Positions 40,706 through 53,566 of a DNA stretch of 64,000 nucleotides are shown in pieces (positions within the stretch are counted from its first letter, which is position 1; the number at the start of each line of letters is the position of its first letter). A program made the position numbers and the translations under genes. The notes beneath the pieces are model-generated. The model was not told where the DNA came from. It worked only from the letters and a program-made list of their open reading frames with translations, and searched no databases. Where the stretch lies: assembly GCF_006345805.1 (NCBI RefSeq), contig NC_043004.1, forward strand, positions 42,718,001 through 42,782,000, given 5' to 3'. The DNA is from Octopus sinensis (Eukaryota).

Positions 40706-42049
40706 TGACAAAATTTCAGACTAATGCTATGTTGCTTCTTGATATTTCACAAAGATGTTCACACTTCGAGAGTATATAATTGAAAAGTAACAAAGCGTTA
40801 CCACATTACTTTGATTGCAAAACATATATGCCAGTGGTGTTTTCGGCTGCTACACAGAGATCGAAGGGGTGTAGAATTTAAATTCGATTAATGAGATTTT
40901 AGAACATGACATGCCTAGTACTACTCTATATCTAATATGAAAATATGCAATAAATGAATATTAGCGATGTATGAAATTTTTGTGCACGTGGGTGTGTGTG
41001 CGTATATAGACGTGTGACGGTATGTGCATATATTAGACGTATGTGTGCGTGCATGCGAATATGTGCGTATATAGAAGTGTTTTACTCTTATTGCTTATTT
41101 TTTACACTTTTTTACACGTTTCTCTGTATTTTGCCTTTTGCCCTGTTTTTCTTGTGCATATGCGTATATAGACATGTGTATGAACATTTTATGCGCGTGT
41201 GTGTGTGCTAGCGTGTATGCGGGTAAGTATATATTTTTTGGAGAACGTGTGGGTGAGCATTCTGTAATTCAAGTGAGGGTAGGTGAGAATATACATATAG
41301 GCACATGAACGTGGGTGTGCCGGGGAGCATGTGTGCGGGCGCGCAAGGTTATGCGCGCTTGCGCGATTACTATGGATTATTTTACTCCCTTATCTTTACT
41401 CCCTGCACATAGCGGTCATTCTAAGAGCTCTTTGTCTTAATAACGGTCAATCACACGTTAATTTCCCTTTGTCTTCACGGTCATTTTCATAGCATTATTT
41501 TTGTAGCCCGATAACTGAAGAGATGCCAAGGTGGGTTTCAGCCCCGACATTCGAAACTCGGAATTTTAACATGGCCGCCGAATAAGCGTCATATATTATA
41601 TTTACGCAATATCGAGGTATCTTTCATTATTTTGTTTTCTTGCCATTTCTATCAGTATATAATATATATATATATATATATTTTTATATATATATACATA
41701 CATGAACACATATGTGTATATTGACTATATACATCTATGTCTGTACCTGTTTTTGAGTAATTGTATCAGTGTCTGTGTACGAAGCACGTGGCGATATTCA
41801 ATATATATAGAAATCACGGTTTCTTTCCCTACCTATATCTATGTGAGCGCGCGCGTGTGTGTGTGTCCGTGTGTATCAGAATATATAGATAATATTCATC
41901 CATGTGATTATTTTCTAATTTTTTTTCACGGTTACATGCATGATGAAAAACGAAAATGCACCGAATAAAATCGATTTCAGTTGAAAGGCATTGTTTATTC
42001 TTCGACTATTTATATTAGTACGCAATACATGCAAACACGAACTCGCTCA

Positions 42050-42186
42050 CACACAGACACACTGACGAACACACACGGACACTCTAATATCAATATATAC
42101 ATATATATATATTACACACACACACATATATATATATATATTATATATATATATATATATATACACACCACACACACACCACACAC

Positions 42187-42225
<39 letters not shown>

Positions 42226-42602
42226 CCATGCATATACACAAACACCGATCACAAAGAAAAACCTTACACCTAAACACACGTACACAAATTTGCAAAACCG
42301 GTACGTTTTAAAATAGCCTCCAAATAGGTGCTATCGTCACTTTTCAAACCATTTCGATATTAAACGTTTCATTATCACGCCAATTAACTGTGAAGATTTA
42401 TTGCATTCCAACTAGAAGCAGGTATAGGAAATTTGACAAAAATAAGTGACTTACAGTTACATCTCTACGCACCGATACATGTTCAAAAAGTTATTTTAGT
42501 CATAGAAAAATAAAGTAGCCAAAAATTACGTGTATACATATGTACATATCGCTGTACAAAATATAGATACATATACATCCATATTACAAATATATTGATC
42601 TA

Positions 42603-42656
<54 letters not shown>

Positions 42657-42710
42657 GGTCTATACATTCGTAAGTATATACATATGTGTATATGTATGTA
42701 TATGCGTATG

Positions 42711-42756
<46 letters not shown>

Positions 42757-42988
42757 AATGTAGGTAATATATATATATATTATACATATATTTTACACAC
42801 ACATACATACATACTACATATATATATATATATATATACATGTATATATATATAATATTTATATATTACACATTCACACACACACACATATATATATATT
42901 ATATATAAAATAAGTTCATATAAGTCTCTCTATTTCTGTGCGTGTTTTTGGTGTAAAGGTTCACAATTATAACTTTATATATATGTGT

Positions 42989-43034
<46 letters not shown>

Positions 43035-43200
43035 ATATATTATATTATATATTATATAATAGATATATACGTATACATATAATATACATACATATATATA
43101 TATACAATATATATATATATATATATAATATATATATACCTGCATACATACATATATAAGTACATATGTATGAATATATATATATACATTGATACATACA
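42050..43200. repeat. Extended (TA)n/(CA)n/(TG)n microsatellite region
   Basis: Direct reading. Confidence 0.9.
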
Positions 43201-43791
43201 TACATACACTTGTATATATGATCATAAGCACACACGCATACTGACGTACGTACATATTAACTGTATTCAATACATTTAGGAGATTGTTTACGCGTTGATG
43301 TGACGCTGGATGTGTCTGGAAACTATCGATATTAATATAGGACAAGAATGTAAATTTCCACCATATTTAAAATGGAAAGCTATGAGCTATTTTAGCTTGA
43401 TATTAAACAATGGTGCTGCAGGGTAAGTACGCAATTAGAGCAATCGAATTAAAATCGTTTGCACCTGGAGGAAACCAAATAATTGTTATTGGAACATGAA
43501 AGTGGATATATCGAGGTTGTATAAGAGAGATGTAAAAATAACGAAAATCAATGCTACACAGAGATAAACATTTATTTTACATATGTGAAAGTTTATATAG
43601 ATGTTTACTGAGTAGAAATATATTTTTTTCCCATTTAATTACATATATCTATATTTCCATAATATGTAACTATGCAAAGACACAGAGAAACGTATACATA
43701 TGTGTGTTGTATATATATATATATATATATATAATAGATTATATATATATATATATATATAATATATATATCTATATATACATATATAATA

Positions 43792-44199
43792 CTCTTTTAC
43801 TCTTTTACTTGTTTCAGTCTTTGACTGCGGCCATGCTGGAGCACCGCTTTTAGTCGAGCAAATCGACCCCAGGACTTATTCTTTGTAAGCCCAGTACTTA
43901 TTCTATCGGTCTCTTTTGCCGAACCGCTAAGTGATGGGGACGTAAACACGCCAGCATCGGTTGTCAAGCAATGCTAGGGGGACAAACACAGACACACAAA
44001 CACACACACATACACACACATTATGTATATACATATATACGACAGGCTTCTTTCAGTTTCCGTCTACCAAATCCACTCACAAGGCATTGGTCGGCCCGGG
44101 GCTATAGCAGAAGACACTTGCCCAAGATGCCACGCAGTGGGACTGAGCCCGGAACCATGTGGGTTAGCAAGCTACTTAGCACAGAGCCACTCCTGCGTC
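43792..44199 (-). mobile_element. tRNA-derived SINE, family C, with an internal (CA)/(TA) tract
   Basis: Minus-strand head gcaggagtggctctgtgctaagtagcttgc...ggttccgggctcagtccc (A/B-box-like); tail gcggtgctccagcatggccgcagtc...gtaaaagagtaaaagag with short tandem repeats. Confidence 0.85.
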
Positions 44200-44247
44200 T
44201 ATATTTATATATATATATATATACATATATATACTGTATACATATAT

Positions 44248-44337
<90 letters not shown>

Positions 44338-44367
44338 ATATATATATTATGTATATATATATATGTA

Positions 44368-45535
44368 CGAGGGGCGATCAATAAGTAATGCCCCTGTCAC
44401 TTCCCATAGCAGTAGAGCAACGAAACTTGGCCACGTTATTAGTCTTTTTTACATAGGAACCACCCAGAGTTACGCATTTCTCCCATCGTTTGATGCAGCT
44501 CTGGAGACCGTTTTTGTAGAAGACCAAAGCTTAGTCAACCAACCACGACGTGACTTCAGAAATCAAGGCTGCATCATCTGGGAAACGCTTTCCTTTCAAA
44601 AACAAATTCATGGCTGGGAAGAGGTGAAAATCAGAGGGTGCAAAGTCAGGAGAGTACGGGGGATGGGGGAGGAGTTCATAGCCGCACGCTTGTGCTTCTG
44701 ATCTGGCGACATGCGAGTTGTGGACCGGAGCGTTGTCCTACAGGAGTAGGATGCCTTTGCTGATCTTGCCCCGCCTCTTGATTTTGATAGCTTCTCTTAA
44801 TTTCCTCAAAAGTGAAGCATAATAGGCTCCTGTAATTGTGGTACCCTTTTCCAAGAAATCTGTCATTACTACTCCGTCCTGGTCCCAGAAGACTGTGAGC
44901 ATGACCTTGCCAGCGGAGGGCTGCACCCTTGCCTCCTTTGGAGGAGGTGAGACGCGGTGCTTCCACTGCATTGACTGGGCTTTGGTCTCTGAATCATAGT
45001 GATGGACTTAGGTTTCATCCTGTGTAATCAGTCTTTTGAAAAAATGTGACTCATCTTCTTGGCACATCTCCAAATTCATCCTCGAGCACTCGACGCGTTC
45101 TTGCTTCTGGAGAGGTGTGAGCAACATGGGAATCCATCTGGCATCCACCTTTTGCATATGCAAATGGTCTTGAATGATAGTTTCCACAGACCCGGTACTA
45201 ATCTTGACCTCATGGGCTATTTGGCAAATAGTTATGCGTCGATCTTCCAACATGGCAGCCTCAACTTAACGGACAGATGCCTCATCAATGGCAGAAGGGG
45301 GCGACCAGATCTGGGAGTTGTTTCCACAGAGTTCCGACCATGTTTGAATTCACAATGCCAGCGTTTTAGAAGATCATATGATGGGGCATCCTCACCATAA
45401 GTTACTTTCATTTCATCAAAAGCCTCCCGTGGTGTGCGTCCTTTGAAATACAAAAACCGGGTCACCGCTCGACACTCAACAGGCTCCATTTCACACTTGA
45501 CTCAGTTCAAACACCTGTAACTAAGAAACCACAAT

Positions 45536-45536
<1 letters not shown>
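44368..45536 (-). mobile_element. mariner (DD34D) DNA transposon lacking its 5' TIR
   Basis: TA|CGAGGGGCGATCAATAAGTAATG TIR at 44368; transposase remnant at 44439-45489; the other end runs into a (TA)(TG) microsatellite. Confidence 0.95.
44439..45489 (-). pseudogene. mariner transposase pseudogene (one internal frameshift, stops at 45008, 44738 and 44531, and a -1 near the native stop)
   Basis: HTH region MEPVECRAVTRFLYFKG...SGRP, then ARWIPMLLT, ITQDET, KVMLTVFWD, DNAPVH and HPPYSPDFAPSD. Exactly 34 residues lie between the second and third Asp. Confidence 0.95.
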
Positions 45537-45584
<48 letters not shown>

Positions 45585-45996
45585 TTGTGTGTGCGGGGGT
45601 GTCTTTGTGTCTGTGAGTCTGTGTGTGTCTTTTTGCCTGTTTTTCTACGTGCATGTGTATGTGTATATGGATGTATGCATTTATGAGTTCTTATATACAT
45701 TCATTCATTCATACATGCATGCATATATATGCACACATTTGGTTCGATGCATTCATGCTCTTTCTTTCGAGATTATATATTGGGACAGAAAACTTAAATG
45801 TAGTCCTATTATTTTCAGTTTCATTTTCAGTAGTCGTAAGCTCTGAAAAACCCTTTGCAACACCCCACAGAAACATTTATTCGGAATGAATTTTGTCGAA
45901 ATATTTCTTTTAAAAAATCCTCAATACATTAAGCCAGTTTACACACCAGTAATTTGTGTACCTACTTGACACAAATAATATACAATACAATATGTG

Positions 45997-46043
45997 CATT
46001 GGTCTCTCTGATTGGTCAGATGTAAAGATGTATTTATAAAAAG
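45997..46043 (+). promoter_or_regulatory. Possible core promoter: two reverse CCAAT boxes plus a TATA-like element
   Basis: cattggtc (45997-46004), ctgattggtcag (46008-46019) and tataaaaag (46035-46043). Motif match only. Confidence 0.2.
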
Positions 46044-46643
46044 TGTCATTGTGAAGATTTTAAGATAGTAAGGAGTCGATATTGATATGCCAATAAAGAA
46101 CTGAAATTCAACCAAAATTTCTGGTGCTACTATCAACAAAAACCGAAACACAAATATCTTTATATATTCAACCAAATTTGCCTTTCTTCACTTTCAATTT
46201 ATTTCATCAATGGCGAAACAACGGAAGCCACAGGCCACGTGTCTGCTTAACGGAACAATCACAGGTATGTGATTTGTGACGAGTGGATTGTGTATATTAA
46301 ACATGAGCTTTTGTTTATATTAAACCATATTAATGCTAAAATATCAATAACTAGATTTAGAGGAGAGAAAAGAAGGCATGTATGGAATTACACTACAGAA
46401 TGCTAGAGGTTAAGCAAAATGTTATGAGTTAACAACATATCTTGACATAGTTACAAGCTACGAAAATAGAGAATAGACATATGATTGTGTGCATTTCATG
46501 TAAAGACACACGGAGACATAGCTCATTTACACATGCGCACACACACACACTCACTCACAATCATACACAAACACATATATATGCATACTGTGGGCTAACA
46601 CAAAAAATAGGTATCTAAACACACACGCAGAGACACATACTAG

Positions 46644-46679
<36 letters not shown>

Positions 46680-46705
46680 ATAATATATATATATATACAT
46701 ATAGT

Positions 46706-46752
<47 letters not shown>

Positions 46753-46954
46753 GTTGATATATATATATATATTATATATATATATATATATATAAATTTA
46801 TATATATATAAATCGTCCCCCCCGTATATAAGTAGATGTATATGTATCAAAATATTTGTAGTGATCATTAAAAAGCTGCCTACCCCCATACTTACTCTTC
46901 CTTCTGATTATTTTACCCTTTACATTTTATATCTATATATATATATATATACTA

Positions 46955-46984
46955 TCAATATTATTATTATTATTATTATTTCTC

Positions 46985-47050
<66 letters not shown>
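46955..47050. repeat. (ATT)n microsatellite
   Basis: Direct reading. Confidence 0.95.
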
Positions 47051-47052
<2 letters not shown>

Positions 47053-47608
47053 TTGCCTATATCGCTGTACGCACGTGGCCAGCAACAATATTATTTTTAA
47101 AAATATTATCGGTCTTATATTTATTTACACACACAACCCCCCACGCATATAGTGTAATACAAACGCTTATTGCTTTATCATATAAAACACATCTAAAATT
47201 GGCGTTATTGTGGCCGAATACTTAGACCTTTTTGATAAAATGTCATGTGGTACGTAGGGTCTTAACACTCAGCAATAAGATAATGTTAGGTTCATTTCTT
47301 ACAATCATCGCTCTGGAATCAATACAATGGTGGAACATTAATACGTTGTGCAACCCTTCCTCTGTCATGTAACTAAATAATATATTTATTTCCTTTTCCA
47401 AAGAACATCCAGCATCTGTCATCTCCACCCTCTGTTTTCTTTTAAGCGTTTGACATGTAACACATTATTATTGGCATCACTTTAACCAAATTCTTATTGG
47501 CATCAGTCTTATTGGGATCGTAGTGTCTTTTGGGATTCTAGGCTAATATTTTTCTCTGGACAACTAAAAATATATACGATGTATATACACTGGATTGAAT
47601 TATGTCTA

Positions 47609-48494
47609 CAGGGTTGTATGACACTGTTCTAATACTAGTTATGTTTTATAAAAGATTACACGCTTACCTGAGTTTCAACAGCATCCCCTTCGAAATATTC
47701 ACCTTACGCGACGATACATAGATCCCTGCGTTCCCCCCACTTTTATTAGAATCTGGCCTGGAAGTCGTATGCCTTAAGCAAGTCGATGAACTTTAGTCAT
47801 TCGCTCTTGATCTCGACAACGGTGTTAAAACGACAACCCTTCAGGTGTATTTTCATCTTGGGGAAGAAGTAGAAGTCCGCAGGTGCTAAAACCGCCGAAA
47901 AGGGTAGATTTGGAAGCGATGTCATGTTATTTTGCGGGAAACATGAGTGTGGAGAGCTCGGTGGCGGAGTGCAATTCTTCGCGTTCCACAGATTTGGTCG
48001 TTTTCGGGGAATGCCCTACCCCAAGTGCTTCAAAAGGTTGCAGTAGAATTCTTGACTTATGGTCTGACCTTGGGGACCGACTTCTACATTTGCGGGGGTA
48101 ACGTTACTGGCATGTCTTCCAGATCAGACTTCATCTTCCAGGGACGTTTTTCCTCTTCTGTAGCTCCCGTACCACTTGAAACTTTGCGTACAGCCACGTC
48201 ATTGTAAGCTTGCCAGATCATGCTCAATGTCTCTAAGGCAGACGTCCTAAGTTCCACAAAGAATTTCACGTTGGCACTTTGTTCCAGTCCATGAAAAAAT
48301 CGTAGACTACGGCACACGTGAACACAAAAGCATAAATTCCAAAACTTGCGAAATAAGCCTAGCTATGTGACTCGGCACAGTGTTTTATGAACGTCACCTG
48401 AATGTCACTGCTAGCTCTCACTGCGTACCGAAACGTCTGATCCATCTGCTGGCGCGCTACATAAATTTTCCTGGAACGTTTTTGATACACCTCG
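47609..48494 (-). mobile_element. Second, older mariner with an internal deletion
   Basis: TIR TA|CGAGGTGTATCAAAAACGTTCC at 48494 and a degenerate partner at 47609. N-terminus LEQSANVKFFVEL..SALETLSMIWQAY; C-terminus VPQGQTISQEFYC...LAPADFYFFPKMKIHLKGCRF...GEYFEGD. Confidence 0.85.
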
Positions 48495-49635
48495 TATAAT
48501 CCTTTGAAGAAGCTGCTCTGAACATAGAACGAGTAAGAGATTATATTTCGTGTAGTTATTTACATATTTGTTGTATGTTTCAATTACCCGGAAGTGTATA
48601 AATACTGTAAAACCCAAACATGAACTCGGTTTTAACTTTACAAATGTATCAACTACTATGCACTTCTGTTGATTTTATTATATTTTATTGGAATTAATTT
48701 TCATACCATATTTGGAAGAAATTGTACTTTACTCTGGTAGTACAGTCGCATAATTTACTCGCCTGTATTTTTACATATAACTGCATTTCTAGATATTTCT
48801 TTGTCATTCATAGGAAGAGAATCATATACCACTTTAATATGAGAACTAGAAACTTCAAAATATCTGCTTATATAACGACACGTCTGTTACTTTATTAAAG
48901 CTTTAATAACAAACAGATTTTATTGCAAAGTTATAAACACCCATGGCCTTTGACTTTCATAACCTGAAGAGTTTCAGGTGTAACAAGGAATATATTATAT
49001 ATCGCGGATTTGCTATAAAATTTTATTATTAAATTTAAGATTTACAGAAAATAGTAGAATAAACCACGAAATAATACGTTTTTAACAAACATATATTTAA
49101 AGCAGCAGTTTCAAATCCAACGTGAATATTACATTACAATAATTCAGCAAAAGAAATAAGGCCAACTGCAAATGGAGAAAACCCCACACGAGCCTAAGCA
49201 AATTGTCCTCAAATACCGAAACGAAACTATATAATTGTGTAATTAAATCTATCCAAACTCAACGCGATATATAAAAGACACATATAAGTTAAGAGCAGTT
49301 CGAGCTATGCTACAGATTCCTATCTGAATTTTAACACGTAGAAAAGTAAAATATTATATTATACGTTCACATTTGCTGTTTACAAGAGAGTGGTTCCAAA
49401 CATACCATCAATGGGAAAATTATTGAATGATTGAATCAGAGTGGAAAGAGAGGAGAATTCTTCACTGAAAATCATAAACAAATCTGATTCCATTTATCCA
49501 GTTTGCTCAACATTCTTGGGAAATGTCGTAGTTTAAACTAGCGTAATAATGAGAGTGTAAACATATAAGAAAAATGCATATACATAAGTGTATGTAAACA
49601 CAGATACATATGCATATATATATATATATATATAT

Positions 49636-49943
49636 GTCACCGTGATCACCGTGACCGACCAGGCTCTCAGATGTTGCTACACATCGCTGGTCACAATGCG
49701 CTTCGCATTGTTTTAGCCTTCAAATGACGCCACCCCGCCGGCTAAGCGAGCAGGCCAACAGAAGAAAGAGTCAAAATTGTGGCGAAAGTGTACATCAGGG
49801 ATCGCCACCCCACCCTGCCTGAGCGTCGTGGAGCTTTAGGTGTTTTCACTCAATAAATATTCACAACACCCAGTCTGGGAATCGAAACCGCGATCCTACG
49901 ACCGCGCGTCCGCTGCCCTAACCACTGGGCCATTGCGCCTCCA
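49636..49943 (-). mobile_element. tRNA-derived SINE, family A head with a different tail (tail type 2)
   Basis: The first ~150-170 nt are homologous to 33541 and 51881; the tail gcgcattgtgaccagcgatgtgtagcaacatc...ggtcacggtgatcacggtgac is unrelated to tail type 1. Confidence 0.88.
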
Positions 49944-49999
49944 CACAGACACACACACACACACACACACGCATATATATATATATAAATATATACATG

Positions 50000-50955
50000 T
50001 TTTAGAAAGTGGGAGAGAGTATGAGCGAGAGAAAGAGGGGTAGAAGAACATATTAGAAAGGAAAGTGCAGGGATGAGAGGGGAGGAGAATGTGTAAGATA
50101 GTGGAGATAGAGAAGAAAATCCTGTATGAAAGCAATCATTACTGGGGAGAAGGTATATTTCCATGAATATTTCGATGTCTCAAACCCACCCCTCGCCCAT
50201 CCAGATTATATTTATGATTCCTTATGGTTTGTAGATTCTGATCCTCTGATTTACATTGTATTTATAATTGTGAATACATTCACTTAAACAAGGTCTATTT
50301 TAATTGACATTTAGATTTTCGCTTTTTGGTGTTTTTAGACTCCCATCATATATTTGATTTTTTTAAAGGAAAGTAAGATCACATCTATAATTGAGAAACA
50401 TTTTCCCCACGCTTAAACTTTTTTCAGATTGTATTTAAAATCATAACTATACTTACTTAAAAATCACTCTTTCAAAAACAGTCATACACGCCTAAATCAA
50501 AAACATCTGGAATTTTAATCAAAAAAATTTGACCATACCTATACAACTTTTCTCTGCCCGATACATTAATGGATGCAGGAGACAAGACCTTGAAATGTAA
50601 CTATGATTCTTCTTGGAGAAAATCAAAAACAGCATCTGGTTTTCCAATTGGAATCTATGACCAATTGAATGCAAAAGGTTATTTGCTCCCCCAACAGAAA
50701 GGTCACAGAGTGGAAAAAAAAACAACGTAATGAATTCTAATCAAACAAGTATGATCACACTGATACAAAAACTACGCCCCATTTACACCTCCCTCCCTCT
50801 TAAACTTTTTTCTTCATTGTTTTCCTTTCCTTCGCAAACCCACAAAACACACTCCGTTTTCCTGTTCTCTTTCTCCTCCCCTCTCATCCCTGCACCTTAC
50901 TTTCTAATTTGTTGCTCCCTCCCAAATTCCTTTCTCCCCCTTTCCCTTTCTAAAA
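50000..50955. mobile_element. Possible TIR element with purine-rich inverted ends
   Basis: 50053-50089 matches the reverse complement of 50871-50907 at 35/37; ttttagaaag (50000) pairs with ctttctaaaa (50946-50955). Confidence 0.45.
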
Positions 50956-51170
50956 TATCACCAGTTTCAAATTTCTATAAAAAGGCGAAGGAAATTTACT
51001 GTAAACTACTTTTTTAATGAATCCGATAATGGAAGAATGCGCTAAAATGTTAAGAAATACTTATGTAATCACCCAACATCCTGACTACCTTCTTATTCTC
51101 AATATACAAAATCTGTACACCAATTCAAATACTCTTCCTCTCTCTCTGTCTGTGTATATATACACACATG

Positions 51171-51227
<57 letters not shown>

Positions 51228-51319
51228 TTATATATGAGGATAATATCGATATTTAAGTATCGAAATTATCAAGTGGCCAGCATGAAAGAAATACCTTACA
51301 AAGGTAAAAAACTTTTAAC

Positions 51320-51430
51320 AATTAAAAATGAGGGTGTCTAAAGACACCAACATGCCGAAATAGCAGTCGAGTCAGTGTTTCGACTGCTATTTCGGCATGT
51401 TGATGTCTTTAGACACCCTCATTTTTAATT
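51320..51430. repeat. 111-bp near-perfect palindrome (51-bp arms, one mismatch, 9-nt loop)
   Basis: aattaaaaatgagggtgtctaaagacaccaacatgccgaaatagcagtcga - gtcagtgtt - reverse complement. Confidence 0.97.
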
Positions 51431-51880
51431 ATATATATATATATATATATACACACACATCCATCCATTCATACATACATACATGCATACATTCATGCAT
51501 ACATACATACATATATACACACACATACATATATACATACATACACAGATACATACATACATACATACATGCATACGAACATACATACAGGGATATCTCG
51601 GTTTAAGTGATTTCGACTTAAGTCATTCTCGAAGATACATCGGTTTCCAAAAATAGTAATTCGAAAAAGAAAGTGTTAATTTTGGAATCGTAAGAACACC
51701 AAAAAAAAACATTAAAAGCATATAAAACTCTAAATAAATAAGAATAAAAACATATAAAATCATATCAAAATACAGTAAATGCTAAAATACACAGTATAAA
51801 GCAGTGTAGCCTAGTTTACTAAAGCATAAAATTAGCTATTTTCTTATTTCTGTCTGTCGGAACTTATACTGCACTTATAG

Positions 51881-52266
51881 TGGAGGCGCAATGGCCCAGT
51901 GGTTAGGGCAGCGGACTCGCGGTCATAGGATTACGGTTTCGATTCCCAGACCGGTCGTTAAGAGTGTTTATTGAGCGAAAACACCTAAAAGCTCCAAGAG
52001 GCTCCGGCAGGAGATGGTGGTGATCCCTGCTGTACTCTTTCACCACAACTTTCTCTCACTCTTACTTCCTGTTTCTGTTGTACCTGTATTTCAAGGGGCT
52101 GGCCTTGTCACTGTCTGTGTCACGCTGAATATCTCCGAGACTACGTTAAGGGTGCACGTGTCTGTGGAATGCTCAGCCACTTACACGTTAATTTCACGAA
52201 CAGGCTGTTCCGTTGATTCGGATCAACCGGAACCCTCATCGTCGTAACCGACGGAGTGCTTCCACC
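51881..52266 (+). mobile_element. tRNA-derived SINE, family A (tail type 1), nested in the Tigger element
   Basis: Near-identical to 33541-33922; perfect 13-bp TSD actgcacttatag at 51868-51880 and 52267-52279. Confidence 0.93.
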
Positions 52267-52396
52267 ACTGCACTTATAGCTCCCATATCTACCGGTAGGC
52301 GTCGCTACGATTCCCGCAATTGTTTTGTATTCAGATTTGTTTCCAACTGTGTGTCGTTCAGATACTCTCATTTGCATTCACTTTTAGCTTTAATTT

Positions 52397-52840
52397 TTGC
52401 CCCCCGTGCTTTCTAAGAAAAGACCTGGAGAAAGTTCTAAGCGTCTGGTTATAATGATGGAGGATAAGTTGGCGATGATAAAACGTCATGATAAATGTGA
52501 CAAAATCGTAGTGATTGCACTATCTTCTAGGGTTAGTCGGACAACTGTATCCACGATGGTGCATAATGACAGGATTTTAACACGTATCACATCTGAAGCC
52601 CTACGGATGAAGAAAACTATCATCGACAAGAAAAAAAAAATTGCAGAATTCTTTGGAGAAATGGAAAGTCGTCTATCTATTAGGATTGATAGGGTGAATA
52701 GTCAGGATGCTATTCTTAGTCATACAATCATTCAGGAGAAAGCATTGTCTTTGTTTCAAGACCGGAAGACAAATATCCAGATGAGAAAGATGCAGAGTTC
52801 GAGAAAGTCATGAATGGTTTATAAGATTTAATATCTGGAG
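52397..52840 (+). pseudogene. Tigger transposase N-terminus (psq/CENP-B HTH); DDE domain not found
   Basis: KRLVIMMEDKLAMIKRH...SRTTVSTMV...EMESRLSIRI...LSHTIIQEKALSLF, then after a frameshift SHEWFIRF (cf. the ASHGWFxRFK motif). Confidence 0.85.
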
Positions 52841-53500
52841 AAGTTATCCCTTCCTTAAGAAGCAAGGCGAATGCGCATCAGCTGACGAACACGCAGCAGC
52901 GGAATTTCCTGCGACGTTGCCGAAGATCATCAAAGAAAACGTGCAACAAAATAAAGAACAAAAGCACAAGTCACGCCACTTCACGTTTATTAGAAAATGT
53001 AGCAAGCACTTGCTTACATTGAAAAACGTCTTGCTATATTCGAAGATATGGATCCAAATGCTCTACGCTTTTCCAAGATGAAGCTTTTGCTCCTTCTATC
53101 GCAATAAAGAAATATATCGTAACCCTTGAGACGAAAAGAAGAAAAGGACCGTTCGAGGCACTCTTAGCCAGTTTTTGAACGCATCCAACGACAACGAGAA
53201 CAGCCAAAATCAGCTGATGATGTAGACGTCAACGGTCCTCCACCATCTAAATCTACAATGTAAACTCCAAATTTAACGTATTGGTAAATTTTAAATACTT
53301 TACTTTTTTTACTTTATTACAAAATAATAATTATTTGTTTGTAAGCTTTCTTATCGAAAGTGCATTCATAAATAAAGTACAGTACTGAGGAATGGCTATT
53401 AACAGGCCTAGCCCATATACAAGCAATCGACTTAAGTCGAGCCTCCTGGAACCAATTAACTACTTAGGGTGAGGTATATTTGTATGTATATATATATATG

Positions 53501-53566
<66 letters not shown>

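Larger units (their letters stand above)
51588..53482 (+). mobile_element. Tigger/pogo-type DNA transposon, internally deleted, TA TSD
   Basis: TA|CAGGGATATCTCGGTTTAAGT..CGACTTAAGTC at the left end and CGACTTAAGTCGA..GGAACCAATTAAC..GAGGTATATTTG|TA at the right end; CENP-B-type HTH ORF inside. Confidence 0.85.
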
